Shown here piece after piece: positions 40,235 through 55,500 of a DNA stretch of 64,000 nt; positions within the stretch are counted from its first letter, which is position 1; the number at the start of each line of letters is the position of its first letter. The notes under the pieces are model-generated. The model saw only the letters and a list, made by a program, of their open reading frames with translations, was not told the origin of the DNA and ran no database searches. Made by a program: the position numbers and the translations under genes. Origin of the DNA: Balanoglossus misakiensis (Eukaryota; Animalia; Hemichordata); assembly GCA_040954595.2 (NCBI GenBank), contig CM082579.2, positions 244,922 through 308,921 on the forward strand. The letters run 5' to 3'.

Positions 40235-40598
40235 CCAGTAGCAGATGTCGACTAAATCCCATAAGCTCCCACCGGTATTATAATTAATAAATGGGAGCTA
40301 AAAAAATGTATTTCACTTCACCTGTCATATTTGGATATTTCAGAGCCACATACCGTGTTCATTTTTGGTTTAAAATGTGATCAATATTATGCCTGTACAG
40401 TGCACAGAGGCAGAAGATGACAATGATTGCAACCCAGTTTTATTGGCCATATTGTGAACCACCATTTCATCACAGACTGTGTCACTTTAAACTTGGACTA
40501 CGGTGCATTGCATTGTTAATAATATCAAATACTTTACAATATTGCCCAGTCTTGGGATCCCATCTCCCTTCCCAACCCATTGTATAAAAAAAATTAAT

Positions 40599-43500
40599 TT
40601 ACATTCCGCTATAAGCTGGCCCACCTCCTGCTTCTGGGACAACCCAGTTTATATTCTGACTAGGATCTTTGATGTCACATGTCTTACAGTGAACACAGTT
40701 CTGAGCATTAATTTGGAGTCGCTGGCCATCACCACTCTCCAGTGGAACATATTCATACACGCCTGTTATGAAAATCAGACAAAAAATTATATTGAGACAT
40801 TGATGATTCCAATGATTTGGCATGGTATGAAACACTAGTTTACTATGTTGCATCATAATAACAGAAAACATTAGCCCCTCAACCAATGTCTTTCTCTAAC
40901 TATGTATGACCTTACCTGCGGGACAAAACCTCTGTTCTGGTCCATCATAGACAGCTAAATTGTTGTTGACTGGTACACTGTCATCACGTAACGTCAAATG
41001 TGCTGGCTGGTCATGTTCATGATTCGTTCCACTCAATGCTACAGAACTCAACAAATCAAAGCTGATGGCATTGTCTGGTTTAGGATATTCTATCGGTTTG
41101 CACTCTGATGCAGGTTTCAGTGAATCAGCATCACGTCCTGAGGATGACAACAATAAATCAAAAAGACAAAATAAGTTCGCTTAAGTGGAGAAACAAAATC
41201 ACTATACATTGTATACAGTGTATGTGTGCATTGAAAAAAGTCCTGTTTTTGTTTTTGCTTTACATACATATATGTATATGTTATTTCTAGCCATCTACTG
41301 TTCTTTATTAGCAGAATGCCTGTATTCTTATAAACAAAATGTGACAAGAACTTATTTTTAAAATAAAAACTGACCTCCATGTTTGAGTGTCCAGGGTTCC
41401 TTCCCTCGAAGTAAATAAACAAAGAGACCGGTGTAGGCCATGGTTCCATAGATACCAAATGGATTATGGAATGAAGGACGTACATTCCGGACTTGTTTCA
41501 ATTCTTTCCAAATCCAGCTCTCATGCATTCTCTTCTCATAGTCCTCAACAAAAACACCTGGAATGCAGTGAGAAGTGGTTTAATATAAAAAAGAATTATT
41601 ACTTTTGTGGTGATTCTTGGAATCGGTTGTATAGTGGAAGTGATATCACAGTAAATGCTGGTGACCCCTGAATATCTGAGACTGCTGGTTGGTTTTGTAG
41701 AACTGTATACAAGTCATGACAACTGCCACACATACTCACTCAGAAAGGCTACAGAATTACTAGGATATAAGTTCCTTACACAATTAATTTCTCACTTGTT
41801 CTCCTATGTCTTTTTAATGACACATGATTTACATTCTTGACACAATTTGCCACTGAGGGCGCTATAAGCATTCGGTCATGAGAACATACAATGAAAGAAA
41901 TATACCCACCTTTTGTCTCTGACGAGAAATTTTCATTTGTAAGTTTTTCAAAGATACTTTCAGCGGCAATCATACCACTTTTCATGGCTGTGTGTGTTCC
42001 TTTGATTTTTGGCACATTCATAAATCCAGGACTACATCCAATTAGTAGCCCTCCTGGGAATACCAACTTTGGAATGGACTACAATGCAATAACAAGACTT
42101 GATCAGGTTGTTTTTTCCTTATAAGATATGCACATTAGACTATGAGTCAACAAAACACCAGCTTCTTGGTCTTTTCTGACTGATTACTTTTTTTCATACC
42201 GCATGCTATTACTACAATTTCTTTTTGAACCATCCTAGTCCCATCCAACCTAACTTGGTTGCTTTCCTCCCTGTGCAATGGAACTCTTACTTAAACATTT
42301 CCATCTATTTAAATTTAGTTACATCCTGTAATGTCCACTGAGTTTTCCCTTTCACATTCTTTGATTGTGTTCATTGTGTTCTCACCTGCATACCGCCTTC
42401 ATTGAGGGCTCTAGCACCATATGCAATTCGCTTGCCACCCTTCAAGGTTTTTTCAATAGTTGGATGGTGTTTGAATTGCTGGAATTCTTGGTATGGACTG
42501 AGATAAGGATTAGTATAATCCAAACCAACTACAAATCCTAATGATATGAGCGGGCTGCCCTCATCAAGATGATACAGAAATGATCCACCATAGGTATGCC
42601 GCTTCTGTTAAATGAACAGATACAGACATTTATTATTGGGATGTGTCATGTTGTCTAGATTTTGGCATTAGTGAAAATTCACAGCTTGGTTCTAACCCTC
42701 TTATTTACAATGCTGTGGTTGCACTCATTCACAAGAATGGGTTATACTCACAGCAGCTTCCTATGAAAGACACTTTCTAGACAATAGAATGACAGACAAT
42801 CTCTCTACTCACCAATGGCCATCCTACTGTGTGTTCAACCCGTCCCGGCACATGTTTTGAGGGATCTATTTCCCAAACCTGACAGCAAACAAAAACAAAC
42901 TGTAATTAATGGTCTTCCAAACCTCAAGGCAGGAACATTTACCACACATATAATTGGTTCAACATTGCTATTAAAGTAAAAGCAAAACTCTCATACAAGT
43001 ACCGGTATGTTCATGATCGTAAAAATAAAATACATGTACATGTATATATGTTTGAGAGTGTATTTTAATATGAGACTGAGAGTTAATAAAAAGAAAAGAC
43101 CTCACCTCTTTAAGTCCTATTGCATACGTCTGTGGTTGGCAGTTTTCTCGTAAATTGAAAGTTTTGTACAATTGTTTTGCAAGATGGCCGTGACAACCCT
43201 CGCTGAATATTGTAACTTTTGCATGAAGTTCCATGCCACGTTCAAATGTTGCCTGATGCAAAAAGGACATAAACCAATGTTATGATTTCACGGAAATATC
43301 ATCAAAGCTGTGTGATATGGCTCTGAATCAGAGCTTTCCTTTCTATTCTGAATTTCTCAACATATGATATTTCAACAAATTCTTGAAACTGTGGAAGAAG
43401 GTCAATATGTAAGATTAGGGGATCATGACAGTCAAGCACCTTCAAGCAACTCGGCTAAAGAATTGACTAATTTACAACACATATCAACACATATTAATCA

Positions 43501-46500
43501 CTGAAGAAATTAGCTCAATATCTATCATGTCAGTCGTTAGAAATTGAATTTTATACAGTTTGCAATGTGTACCTTAGGAGATCCATCTTTCGCAATTCCA
43601 ACATCTGAAGTGGCAACACCTTTGACAGAACCATCTTCATGTAAAAGAACCTGAAAAGCAGTGAAGCAAAGTTTTTATCAACTCATCTTTCTGGTAGAAG
43701 CGAAAACCCCTCTATGAAATGTCATTGGGTCAAAAAATGAAATTCCTGTAATGCAAGGTACTATACAGTCTGTGTAATAGAGTTTAAGTAAAGTTCATCA
43801 TAGTTAAGTAAAGTTCATAGCATCACAGTACAGTATCATACAATCCCACATGTAAATTTGTTATTTTCTTGTATTGTTATCATATGATTTTTCCAGTATC
43901 AAGCATCCATGGAAACGTGCCACTGTATTCAACATCTAGTTGCACGGATGACTGACCTCACTTGCTGGATAACCTGGGTAGATCTCAACACCGAGGGCTT
44001 CTGCTTGCTCTCCTAACCAGCTCACAAAGTTGCCAAGTCGAACAATGTAGTTGCCATGGTTATTCATTGGTAAACCTGTTGAGAGAAGAGTGAATGGTTA
44101 AGCAAGGAAGAAGACCAGAGACATAAACTTGAAATCAATTCATGAGGCGCTTGTTATAGTTCTACTGTGTTCTGAACAAGATATAAGGAAGGGGTACGGG
44201 TTTGCAGACGCATGGTTGCACAGGTAGACAGGCAAAAGATGACAATTCTCATCTTCTTTATCATTTTGATGTATTCTTACTGTGATGCTGTGTATGATGA
44301 ACATTTTCTTCCTTTATGTTCTGCCACAGAGGGCGCTCTTTTAGGCCATCTAGTTTGTTTGCATGTGTTTTATTAGTGGCAAAGTATTTTTCCTTCTGCA
44401 TATTGACATAATGTCCTCAATAAAAGGATCTACTCCACGCCCAATACCAAGACGAAGTAAAGTCTGGAGTTAACGTACTTGAAACCATCCAGAATAATAA
44501 CTAGCCTCCAATGCACAGACATCATACTATGCACACACTACTTTTCAAACAATATATTGTCATTGTATGGGTATGTGTCTTTTCCAAGGACAGGCATTTA
44601 CTCTGTTTTTCAACTCTTAAAACAATTACACAAACTTCTCTGAGAACTACAGAAGTTAACTCCAAACTTTTTGTATTAAAAACCTGAAAACTTTATTAAA
44701 TATTGTAAATGGAGACGGTTATGCTTTGATACCTGGTAGCATTGGAACTGGAATTCTCCGTTTTTCTGTGAGGATGCCAAAGAGGTCTTCTTTGACTGGA
44801 GTGTGGAGTGGAGCACCTTTGTCCTTCCAGTCTGGTATTAATTCATCCAATGCATTTGGTTCTATACAGGCACCAGATAGTGTATGACCACCTGTGGATA
44901 CAAGGTGATGTGATGAATGGGAGAACAAATGAATGAATGAAGGAATCATTCATCCATCATTCCTTCAATCATTCATCCTATCAAATTCCATGGAATTCAA
45001 TCAACACAAACAGCAGATAAATTACAGCCACCCATGATTACAAGATGAATGAATCAATGAATGTCTGAATCAATGCACAAGGGCAACTACTAGTATGCAG
45101 TGGGTGGTCGGCTTTTTACACAATCCAGAAATGCTCAGGCACATAGTTTTGATTGACAAAAGGCATATTTTCAAATTTCCTGTTGATTTTCTTAAAATCA
45201 TAACATGATGAAAACATTTATGGCCACATTAGATTAACTGATGGCCACAATTCAGATCAAATCATGTTTTTTGTTTTTATCATTGGGCAAATGTGTGGCT
45301 CCCTCTCAGCCAGCCTTATTCAAACACAATACTGGGCAGGGCATTGACCTGTAATCCTACAGTCAAGAAATTATCAAAGAAAACCATTATGTGAATTGGG
45401 TACCATAGATCTTGGTGGTACAAGTCCCATGTGTTTTGAATTTAAATAGTTGCAATGACCACCTCCCCTTTTGCCATGAACACTGCTATGTAATAACATA
45501 AACCATAAAGCAAAAGAGTCCACGGACAATTTTCGCTTCAGGGTCTATCTATGATAATAGCTTCTCATGAATGGTTGCATTTCATGCCATAATTTTTAAC
45601 ACACTGCAATGCTTGTCACATCTACTCCCTCACCTACTTCCGAAGCTTTTTCAACCACACAAACCCTGAGATCTGCCCCTTTTTCTTCGCATAGCTGCTT
45701 GAGTCTTATCGCGGCTGATAAACCAGCTGGTCCACCACCAACAATAACAACATCTGCTTCATCAGCATATCTCTCCATCTCAACATCTGTGAAATTAATT
45801 AAACAAATTACCAAAATCTTATAATATCTATAAAAATATTGAAATCTGATATGTTGGTTAACTTAGAAAAGTTAACAGTACAACTCACTGGCATACCCTG
45901 ACAATTAATTCATATGCAAAGTTAAAACTTTGCCCTTTGGACAGCATGATAGAAAACTTGCTCTTTGGATGGCTAGACACATTTGATTCAACAAAATGTT
46001 ACACCAAAAGTGATCACAATACTCCACTAGAATTCTACACTAGCAAGTTTAATGCTACAATTTAAAACCAACAGAAATTGGATGCATCTCTTAAAAATAA
46101 ACATTCAAATTAGCTAGTACAGGCTTCACTGGAGCCCTCACATGATTTTTTTTATTAGACAAGTCCTGGATCCAGCACTGACTTCAAGTGTACAAGTTTG
46201 GACATAGATGGGAACAACACACATATCTCAGAAATTGGAAAGAGATTTTTCGTGACTGTCAACTGTGCATACAAGCTATCACTGTGTCTGGTGAGACTGG
46301 ACCTACCTTTCCATCGCTTGTCAGTTTCTCTTGGTACAACAGTATAATGAGTTGTAATCTTTGGTGTGGCTGCAGCACTACATAACCATCTGCTGGATCC
46401 ACCAAACAGTCTGAATGCTGTAACAGACAAGATATAACTCAAGCATAAAGTCAAGATGAAGAACACAGAATATTCACTGAAAAGTGTTGCCGTTAATTAT

Positions 46501-47873
46501 CTGTAAAGTGGGCATTTCTTTTATCATATTTTTTTCAATTCCAAATGCTTGTTTAGTGGAGTGAGGGAGGTGGTTTGGGATCAAACTCAATTACATGTAG
46601 TTGCATTTGTCATGCACATGTTTTAATTATCCATGGCCCTTTATTGGGAAACAAAGGAGGAACAAAATGTCAGCTGGTTGTGCATGGTATCTCTCCCCTC
46701 CCCCAACAAACCAAAATGATCATGACTATTTTGCTTATACTTCCATGAGTGTAGGGAGTAACCTAAATTAGGGAGTCACATACTCCTATATTATTTAGAA
46801 GATGGGAACTAGTTTTGACAACAACAAATAGGCAATGTATTTTTGATTTTTAGAAAACTCAGTAAATGAGCTAATGAAGTGGTGGGTGTAGCATTCCCTT
46901 GACTGACCTTTGAACCTTAGACCAAGTCAGTAGATAAGGTAGTTCAGGTGTTGTGACAACAATATAATCTGACATTTCTTGGTCAAATAAAAGTTTATAC
47001 CAGAGAGCTATAAATCAATGAAAAGCTCTATCAATCAATTTCATACCCAGCATGAAATTAAAATGTGAATTTCCTGAAGTGTTTCTTTTATTTTTGCCTT
47101 TCAAATCAAGACTTCCACTTTACTTAAAAGCAAACCTCACAAGTTACCTTAACTGAACACTGGTGTGGTGAAAGAATTTACAGGGTGCAGTCTGTGTTAC
47201 TCTCATTATGTAGACAGAGATGACATCTGTCTATACAGAGAAATTTACGACCAAAGTGACCTGAACATCATGGTGATGTTTCGGCTTTCCATGACATTCA
47301 CTCAAAGTCATAGCAGCGCTGATTCCAATTTTGATATATAGGTCACAATTTCGCCCAAAATGAAAGGCATTGAGTTTGTTCAGATTGCTTTTATATACGA
47401 CAGACTGAAACTGATATTTTTGACCTTGATCGTGGGATTTTGATAAAATTAGCAGTGACGTAACCAGTCTTAATTAATGCCGAAATTTCTAACGAAAGCT
47501 TCAACATGTTTGAGTTCAAAATTGCACTACAGAAATCGCAATCTTTATACTGAACGAAGATAAGGATTGGGATAAAAACACCATCGCCATGTTTCACAAT
47601 AACAAGTTCCATCGAGTAGGCACTTCCCTTATATATATATCACATCCAATGACTACACTAGTGGACGATTGATAGTTCGTCTGCAGCCACGACACCGCTG
47701 CACTCGCGCAGCTAATTTCGGTCAGTCGAAGGCATGCACGATGTAAATATAATAAAACTCCATCACTTCTGAATGTTTCAAAATCAAAGGTGACATCTGA
47801 TTGATACCGTCACCGACATCACTTCAAAATAACACTCACCTGTTCGGGTCGGGTGCTTTAGGATCGCCGCCAT
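40599..47873 (-). CDS. ETFDH: Electron transfer flavoprotein-ubiquinone oxidoreductase, mitochondrial
   Basis: 13 phase-compatible exons: 47873-47840, 46417-46307, 45786-45634, 44891-44733, 44075-43957, 43650-43573, 43252-43106, 42878-42813, 42604-42386, 42078-41910, 41557-41375, 41137-40916, 40762-40599. FAD motif [15 protein letters not shown]; GHTLSGA; EGCHGHL; [10 protein letters not shown]; [13 protein letters not shown]; 4Fe-4S ligands QRFCPAG and [13 protein letters not shown]; ends GGGPAYSGM. Confidence 0.98.
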
Positions 47874-50800
47874 CTTCGATTTTGATTTCGTAACTGTTTT
47901 GCGACATTATGTGACACAGTGTTCTGGTTAGACGGGCGCGGATTTGGGTCTTGACAGACGCTTGTCAAGGATAATAGATGATTGAGATCAGTTGATATGT
48001 ATATATGTACATAATGGGGTCATCAATGTCAACTAATCGGTGAACTTTTAGAGTTAAAACTATTTGCATAACGTCAACAACAATATTACCGTTTTACGAC
48101 ATTAACCTCCGTACGGCACCCGTAGTGTTGATCGTGGACTACGTGTAAATTGCAGCGTATGTCTATTTCATCAATGAATACATATATTCGTCTTATTTTC
48201 AAAGCTGCGAAAGCTTAGAATATTACTTAGAGGAAAGGTTTATTATTGCGAGTCAGATCTGTGTTATCATTCATCAAAGTATAACAGAGATATAATTTTA
48301 TTTGTGCCAATTGATGGTGAACTGCGTGTGTCCATGTGGCAGTAAATCAGTGTTCTCATTGGTACATTCTGTGGGCGTGTCGGAGGCTCGACTTTGCAAA
48401 CATATCCAGGGCTTCTTGTATATACCGATACTAGTTCGCAATAGGATATTTATGTAGGTCTTCATGCGTGTAATTTGGGTCATGCTCGCAAAGCTGCCAA
48501 AAGGATATTTTATACTTTTAAAGTATTGTTGCCAAGCCAATTGCTTTAGTGAGTGAGTACTATTTTGAAGGTACAATGTACTTTCTGCTCAAGGATTTAA
48601 ATGCACTTTTTACTACAGCAATGTAAATATTTCTATTATTAGGAATGTTTATGAATAAAAACAAATAGAGACTGAAAAGTGCATGGTTTTGCTTGTGTGC
48701 ACCTGGTCTGATCAAAACACACAAAATAAAGCTAACAGCGCAGAATATATACAGCCTATTATACGGGAAAGAGAAAAAGAGTTATTGCTTGCTTGTCACC
48801 CCAATGAACTAGCAGATTCAACGGATTTTTGAATTAAAAAAAACCTCTTCTTCTGATAAGAAAACACTACAATGTTTATACCATTATACATGAATTTTAT
48901 TTCCTTGTAGCAGATGTGTAACATAAGTCATAAGGCACTGTAACAAAGAATAAAGCTTGCAAAGTGAAATAATACAGTAACATTTACTACACAGTTGTAC
49001 TTTGACAAAAATAAACAAATGATAACCTGATGAGGCGCTCTGCCAGTTCCTACTAGGTGCTTTCTACATCCCATCTCCCTGCAATTTCCTGTTTTTATGA
49101 AATGCTTATTAATATAGGGGTGTCACCTTTGACATCAGATCTGGAAGTGTAGCAGAATGACACAACACAACCATTAGCGCCATTAACATCCAACATTATA
49201 AAATCCAACTCCACACAATGAGTGAATCCCTCACCATGAAAGTTAATGCCCCCTCAATGTCAGCTTAGCATAAACTACATCCAAACAGGCAGAGATCACT
49301 CATTGCTTGATGTTGGTCTTCCGCATAACATAAATGGCTGATGAAATTATTTATGCAGCAATGTAAATTCTTAAGAATCTCATTAGTCCTGGAAGATGTC
49401 AGCTTAAAACAATGCCATGCAAATTTCAACAGATTTAGAATTATTCCAACTCATCACTGGTTTTCTGAATGGCTTTGACGTAGATCCCTACAGAGTCCCC
49501 TCAACACAACTTCACCAACATTTACAAATGTATTTTGCATTTCTGAGGTCGTCTGTACAAGTGTATTCCTCTGCAAAGATGATTCATAAATTTGCATTAG
49601 CCACATTATGGAATTTAAACTTTTCCATGGCGTTAAAAAACTTGCACAAGAATTCTGGAGCAGATAAATTGTATCAAAATGTCTAGTAATAGGTTATGGT
49701 ACACGGGTTAAAAATGACTCTGTTTTACAAAAAGTTTCACTGAATGTTATGGAAACTGCACAACCAATGAAATCCATTTTGCTATCTAAAATTTTGTTTT
49801 TTTTTGGAAAATACAAAAAATATCTGAAATACATTACGTTTCAATATTTATCTTGTGGGAATTTTATGTACAACCACTGCACACATTTAACCACGATTTA
49901 TGTTTAATTATATGTATTAACTATTTTTTTTACAATGCACAAATTGAAGAAGAGATGAAGAAACTTGAAAATCCATCTCACTTGGGTGTTAGAGTTGTCA
50001 ATCAAATTAGTGAATTCATACCACCAAAAGTACCAGGATGTCACCTATAGGTCACAAAAATGGTCAATAACAAAAGCATGGATTTTTTGCTATATCTGCA
50101 CAACACACCACCTGCTGTTCACTGCTACTAGTTTACAACATTGCTGAAAAATTCAGCTCAAATTTTTTATGGCTGAAGGTGAGTTCCATGCTGTACTTTG
50201 TTTCTCTCAATGACAAGAATGGAGACATAAACATCCAAACAACTGAACCGAATCTGTGTTAGCTCAGCTTGCTAGCAGGTACCTCATATAAAAGAGGCAA
50301 CTCCTGTCATGAAATGCGAATACAAGTACATGTACTGTGCGCCTTAATATGGATTACAATCCAAATTAAACTAAAACATAAACACATATTTTCAAACGCA
50401 GACTTTGACTGCAATGTCTGTAGCAAATCTTCATAAATACAAGATGTACAAAACTATGTCTATCTATGATACAGATTTTTACTTAGGATTACCAAATACA
50501 TACTTCTTCAGAATGTGATTTTGTAAAATACTTTCACAGTCACCTCTAAAGGTTATTAGAAAAAACAATTTTGTCTATTATTCAGATAAATGTAAAATAT
50601 CTGCAGTACAGACACTAATCTTGATATAAGTTCCGAAGTGTGCAAATGTATATACAATGCAAATTCGCTCCTTTTCTGGCAAATGACATTCTGTCTTGGA
50701 GACATGATGTAAAATAACAATACCACCAAACCAACCCTTCACCCAGTACAGTCTTTGTGAATATTCCTGTGAAATTGTCAAGGAAAATGCTGCAGCTACA

Positions 50801-51085
50801 ACTAATATTAAATGGTTAGACAAGTTGTGATTAGGGCTTTACTTCCAAAATGTACAACAAAGCCAAACTGCCTGGATGAAATTCAGTGAAGAACTTGTTA
50901 CAAGCCTGGTTTGAATTGTCCAAAAAGAGATCAATTCAGGTTAACAATGAATGTCCAGTCAACACCAAAGTAGTCTAGCTTAACATATATCATCAGTTCA
51001 CCAAACCCTGGTCATAAATACACCCTGGAGTATGAAATATTCCACTACAAATAGGAGACGTAGCTGTCCCTTGCACTGCACTGAG

Positions 51086-51138
51086 CTACGCCAGTCTATC
51101 CAATGAATCATGGTCTTCATCCGAGGCATTCAGTGTAC
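51086..51138 (-). CDS. Possible second alternative last exon of the ZDHHC gene
   Basis: The ttcgcag acceptor is phase-1 compatible with the 52982 donor and encodes GTLNASDEDHDSLDRLA*. Short exon with a weak pyrimidine tract. Confidence 0.35.
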
Positions 51139-52578
51139 CTGCGAACCAATGGATATACATATTATTAGATGGTCAGGATAAGTACATGAAAGATTCACAG
51201 TAACACACAAGGTAGAAATACATTGCAGCTCACACTGAAGGGAGACATTGAACAAATGATATCAGAAACACTTGATTCAATTAACACCAATCGCAAACAA
51301 TTTCAATTCTCATGAACATTGTATTGAGTAAAAAGCACCTGGATTTGCTGTCACAAAATATTAGTAAGTAGTCAACAGAGGGTATTCACACTGGTCTTTC
51401 ACAGAAACTTAACGGTTAAACAGTACACCAGACAGAAAAAAAGAAAATTCACATAATTTATATGTTATCAAAATACTTAAATCAGTTGTCACCAAAACTG
51501 CATTAGTTTCATGGAAAATAAGAAATTAGAAAAAGCTACAAAATTACGAGCTGGCTGACAACAAGTCACTGATAAGGGAAATCCATATGAGATGATGTGA
51601 CAGAATTTGACCCCTATTTTCCCATGTAAAGCACAAAAATTCTTTATTGTGAACTGTAGGATTAGGAATATCAGATATAGTGGGTGAGTGAATAGGACAA
51701 AGTCTTGGAGATGATGGAGACCTACTGTGTTGATGGAACTAGGGAGAAGTTACTTTGTGGTGTTTATGTCACATTTGTATAAGATCTGTGAATATTGCAA
51801 AGTGAAATGACAATATACATGAAAGTTCAGAGAACAACATACAGATATTTACAAACAGAAATCAGCACATGTAAACTTGTGACATTTTATTTTCAACAGT
51901 TGCAAATCATGTGCCCTGTCAGGTAATCTCCTGATTCAAATATTTCAATAATAGCATTTTCAGACCATGCTTAGAGTGATTGTGCAGCAACTGATTTCCC
52001 CTTGCCGATTCAACAAAATAAAATGTCCCTGGGATTGACAGGAAGAACTTTCCCAGGAAACGGAAAATGACAAGGAATGATTGTTCAGTTTATTCTGTTG
52101 TTGCACATCTGACTGTTACAAGGATAAGACTTCAATCTGACAAAAAACAACATACAAGGCACAGCAAGATATTGACATGAACAGGTTTGTGTTTTCCTAT
52201 GAGATGCAACCATGGCATGAATACACTCTTTCCATAACACACAGCCATCAAGAATTTGAACTCAAAGTGAGGCCAATGGGGGAAATCCCCTTGATGTTAA
52301 TGGTCAACTATTCCCATTGGCCTTGCTTTGACTTCAAATTTATGATGGCTCCAGACATATGAAAAGGGTGTATTCCAATGTAGGATGGGAAAGTGACCAA
52401 CATTGTGAATTTACATAAACCAATTTACCAACAAAACAAGCTAACAAAATGCAAGTTGCATGAAATGGTTGTTACGAATAATAATGCATAACAAAGGACA
52501 ATAAAATGAATTAAAGTTTTTGAGTTATAAGAGATACCCACAATGTGATTTGAAGGGCCAGTGAACTTTTGACGGAGA

Positions 52579-55500
52579 TTAGAACAGATGGTTACTGTCA
52601 TGTGACTTGTTGTCAGGGTCAGCCTCAAGACCAATAGTGACTGTAGCCAAGTTTTCTGTATTAGTGGCTGGGCTTTCATTGTTCGTAGAATAGCGAGCTG
52701 ATCCATCACCTCGTCCTATTGGGAAATGCAAGGAAAATGTTGACAGCTTAGCTGTAAGTTCAAGTTAATTATTGTGTATGCTGATAAAAAATTTCAAAGC
52801 TGAGTCCTGTTACTGTTGCTACTATTTCTAGGTTTGGCCGTGTACGAAAAGGGTGATCTACCTTTTGAGTTTGACCCAACAAAAATACAAACAAAATCCA
52901 CATGAAACATGCAAGAAAATAATAAAACAGAGTAGGAGAAGAATGTTATTTTTTCCTGACTAGCTTTTTTTCCTTTCCTACCTGAATGATTGATATCAAT
53001 TTTAACACTGTCTTCGTTGTTAGTGGTATCACTCTCCATACCTTCCTCAGCCCATCTTTGTCTCTCTGCTAACAGATGATCTGAATCTTCACTCTCTGTC
53101 CGAGTTGGAAAACTTCTGCCGTCACCCTTGCTGAAAAAATCAACGTGAAAGATTCAAGTTAGGCAGGTGTTGTAATTTCGATGTTTAGAGATCATTTATG
53201 GCATTGTATTTCTAGGTGTGAGTGAAAGGATCTCCACGGAAACCTGTCCCAGAGCTGAAAGTGTAATATGATCTGCTATGGCAGTCAGTGAGGTCATTCT
53301 AAGATGAAGTGGTCACAGGGAAGAGACGCCAAAGAAAAAAAATGTAAGAGAAAACCACCACCATCTGGAAATACAATAGAAACACAAATCATTAGTATGT
53401 GCTTAGGACAGACATTTTTGTGTATTGCAATACACAGTGCATTGCAAAACAAACATGACGAAATGAACTCTACAACATAAACAAAATACTGTTTAGTATT
53501 GATGCATTAACATCTAATCTTGAGCACATCCACCTTGACCATGCACCCCTAGATGTAAAGAGATGACAACATTGAGTAGTTTTGTGTTTGATCGATTTGA
53601 AACTCTGACCTTGGTACATCACTACATGTAGGTGTTGATGAGCTTTCTGACAGTCTTGATCTGTTTGCAAGCAGGTAGTCAGTGTCAGTTGGCACTCGGA
53701 CAGAGAAAACCACGCCATCACCCCGATCACTAGGACTGAAAATTTGAAATCATTGTTTAACAGTACAAAGCTTTTCAATGAATCATGCCTTTTATAATTG
53801 AGAAAATGCATATGATTATGCAACTTCCGGATTTCAAGCTAAAAGCAGTGTGTGTATGCCCACTAGTGTGTACACAATAGAAAACCTGGAACAACAAAAG
53901 AACTGAAAACTTTGAGGTGATGGCATTCTAAGAGAACAGTCCGGGAAAATTCTTTCAATGTATATAGATATCCAAATGACACAGGCTTCCGTTTAGATAT
54001 TTGAAAGGAAAACTCAGAGATAGTGCTTACACCGATTGGACATTATAAGCTCTTCCATAAATTCGAGATACCTTCACCCATTTCAAACAATGAATAAAGG
54101 TTCCATCTCCAGCACCTGACAGAAAGCACAATCTCTGTATTCTTCATTACAAAATTAGAATTAATGAAGTTCTGTAACTCACCTTGAGTCTATGGGAAGC
54201 CACCACAGTTTAGCATCATCTCCAAACACCTCACGAATGTTCTCACATTTGCTTCCAAGACTGAAGCCATCTTTGTCAGGACCAGAACGAAACACTGGTG
54301 TTCGGAAAGACTCTGAGACATAATATAACAGATGATATAAAGGATTAGACATGTTGCTTGACTCAAGGAATACTGTTCACACATATAATTTATAGTTCAT
54401 TTTAGAATTTCTTATCAATGCAGAATATGTATATACATTCGTAAAAATTTGCGAGCCGCATTGAGACAATGGTTATCAGCACTGGGCTGGTTTAGAAATG
54501 AGAAAAGACTGACTCACCTAAAGTTGTCTTATTTGATGAGACTAAGTAACAGTGATAACCAAAGAGTGATACAAGACTGAGAGCAAACATGGCTGCTGCA
54601 AAGAACAGAAACAAGATGTGGAACTTGCCAGCATCATTGTCCAATGTGTTCTGAATAATAAAAAAAAAAATATTGACAACAAAAAGCGAATAAGTGGAAG
54701 TCCGTGACATGAACAGTGAAATTTATGGAACTGAACATATTGTGTAGAGTGTATTTATCATTTATAAGTTCAGATTTAATTGCACATTGGACAGAAAGAC
54801 CTCCTCATCGATGATAGTCCACACCATACAAAACACACCACTATATCTGACAACACTACTCAGTAAAGCACAACACAACACAACACAACACAACACAACA
54901 CAACACAACACAACACAACACAACACAACACAACACAACACAACACAACACAACACAACACAAATACAAATAACATCCATTCCAATTAATGATTGCTTAC
55001 GGTCCAAAAGCCAATGAAGTATTGTAGGGACGTTGCTGCTACATACAGACAGTACGCGAGTGAATACATTAAGAACAGAATGAAGAATTTATAATTGTTG
55101 TAACCAACACAATTAGGCTGCATTCACAAACACCTCTGGAGGGGGGGGCGGGAGAATTGAGGGGGGGGATTTGAAAAAATTGAGGGTATGTAAGGGGGGG
55201 GATTTGAAATAATTTAGGGACTGAAAGGGGGGGACTTGAAAACTTTAACGACTAAATATTTATTTTGAGTCCACAAAAATGCAGTTTCGCGCCCTTTATT
55301 TTACAAAATTTTCTAATGTGGGAGGGGGACACCCCCTCCCACACCCACCCCCTCCATTCATCAACACCTTTCAATCATTGACTGGTTTATCTAGTGTCCC
55401 AGGTCAGGGGACTTGCCCCACCCCATGATAACTTTGAGCGGCGACGGTTAAATTTGTCCTCCCCAACATACCGGTAGTTGAGTTAATTTGCTTTTGCCAG

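Noticed and set aside
54031-54115. A third GDG-containing segment (AGDGTF...) after a tcag acceptor in the ZDHHC gene
   Set aside because: The GDG frame is out of phase with the 54183 donor, and similarity does not extend beyond three residues.
54762-55017. ORFs with CCVVL or HNTTQ repeats
   Set aside because: Translations of the (CACAA)n microsatellite.
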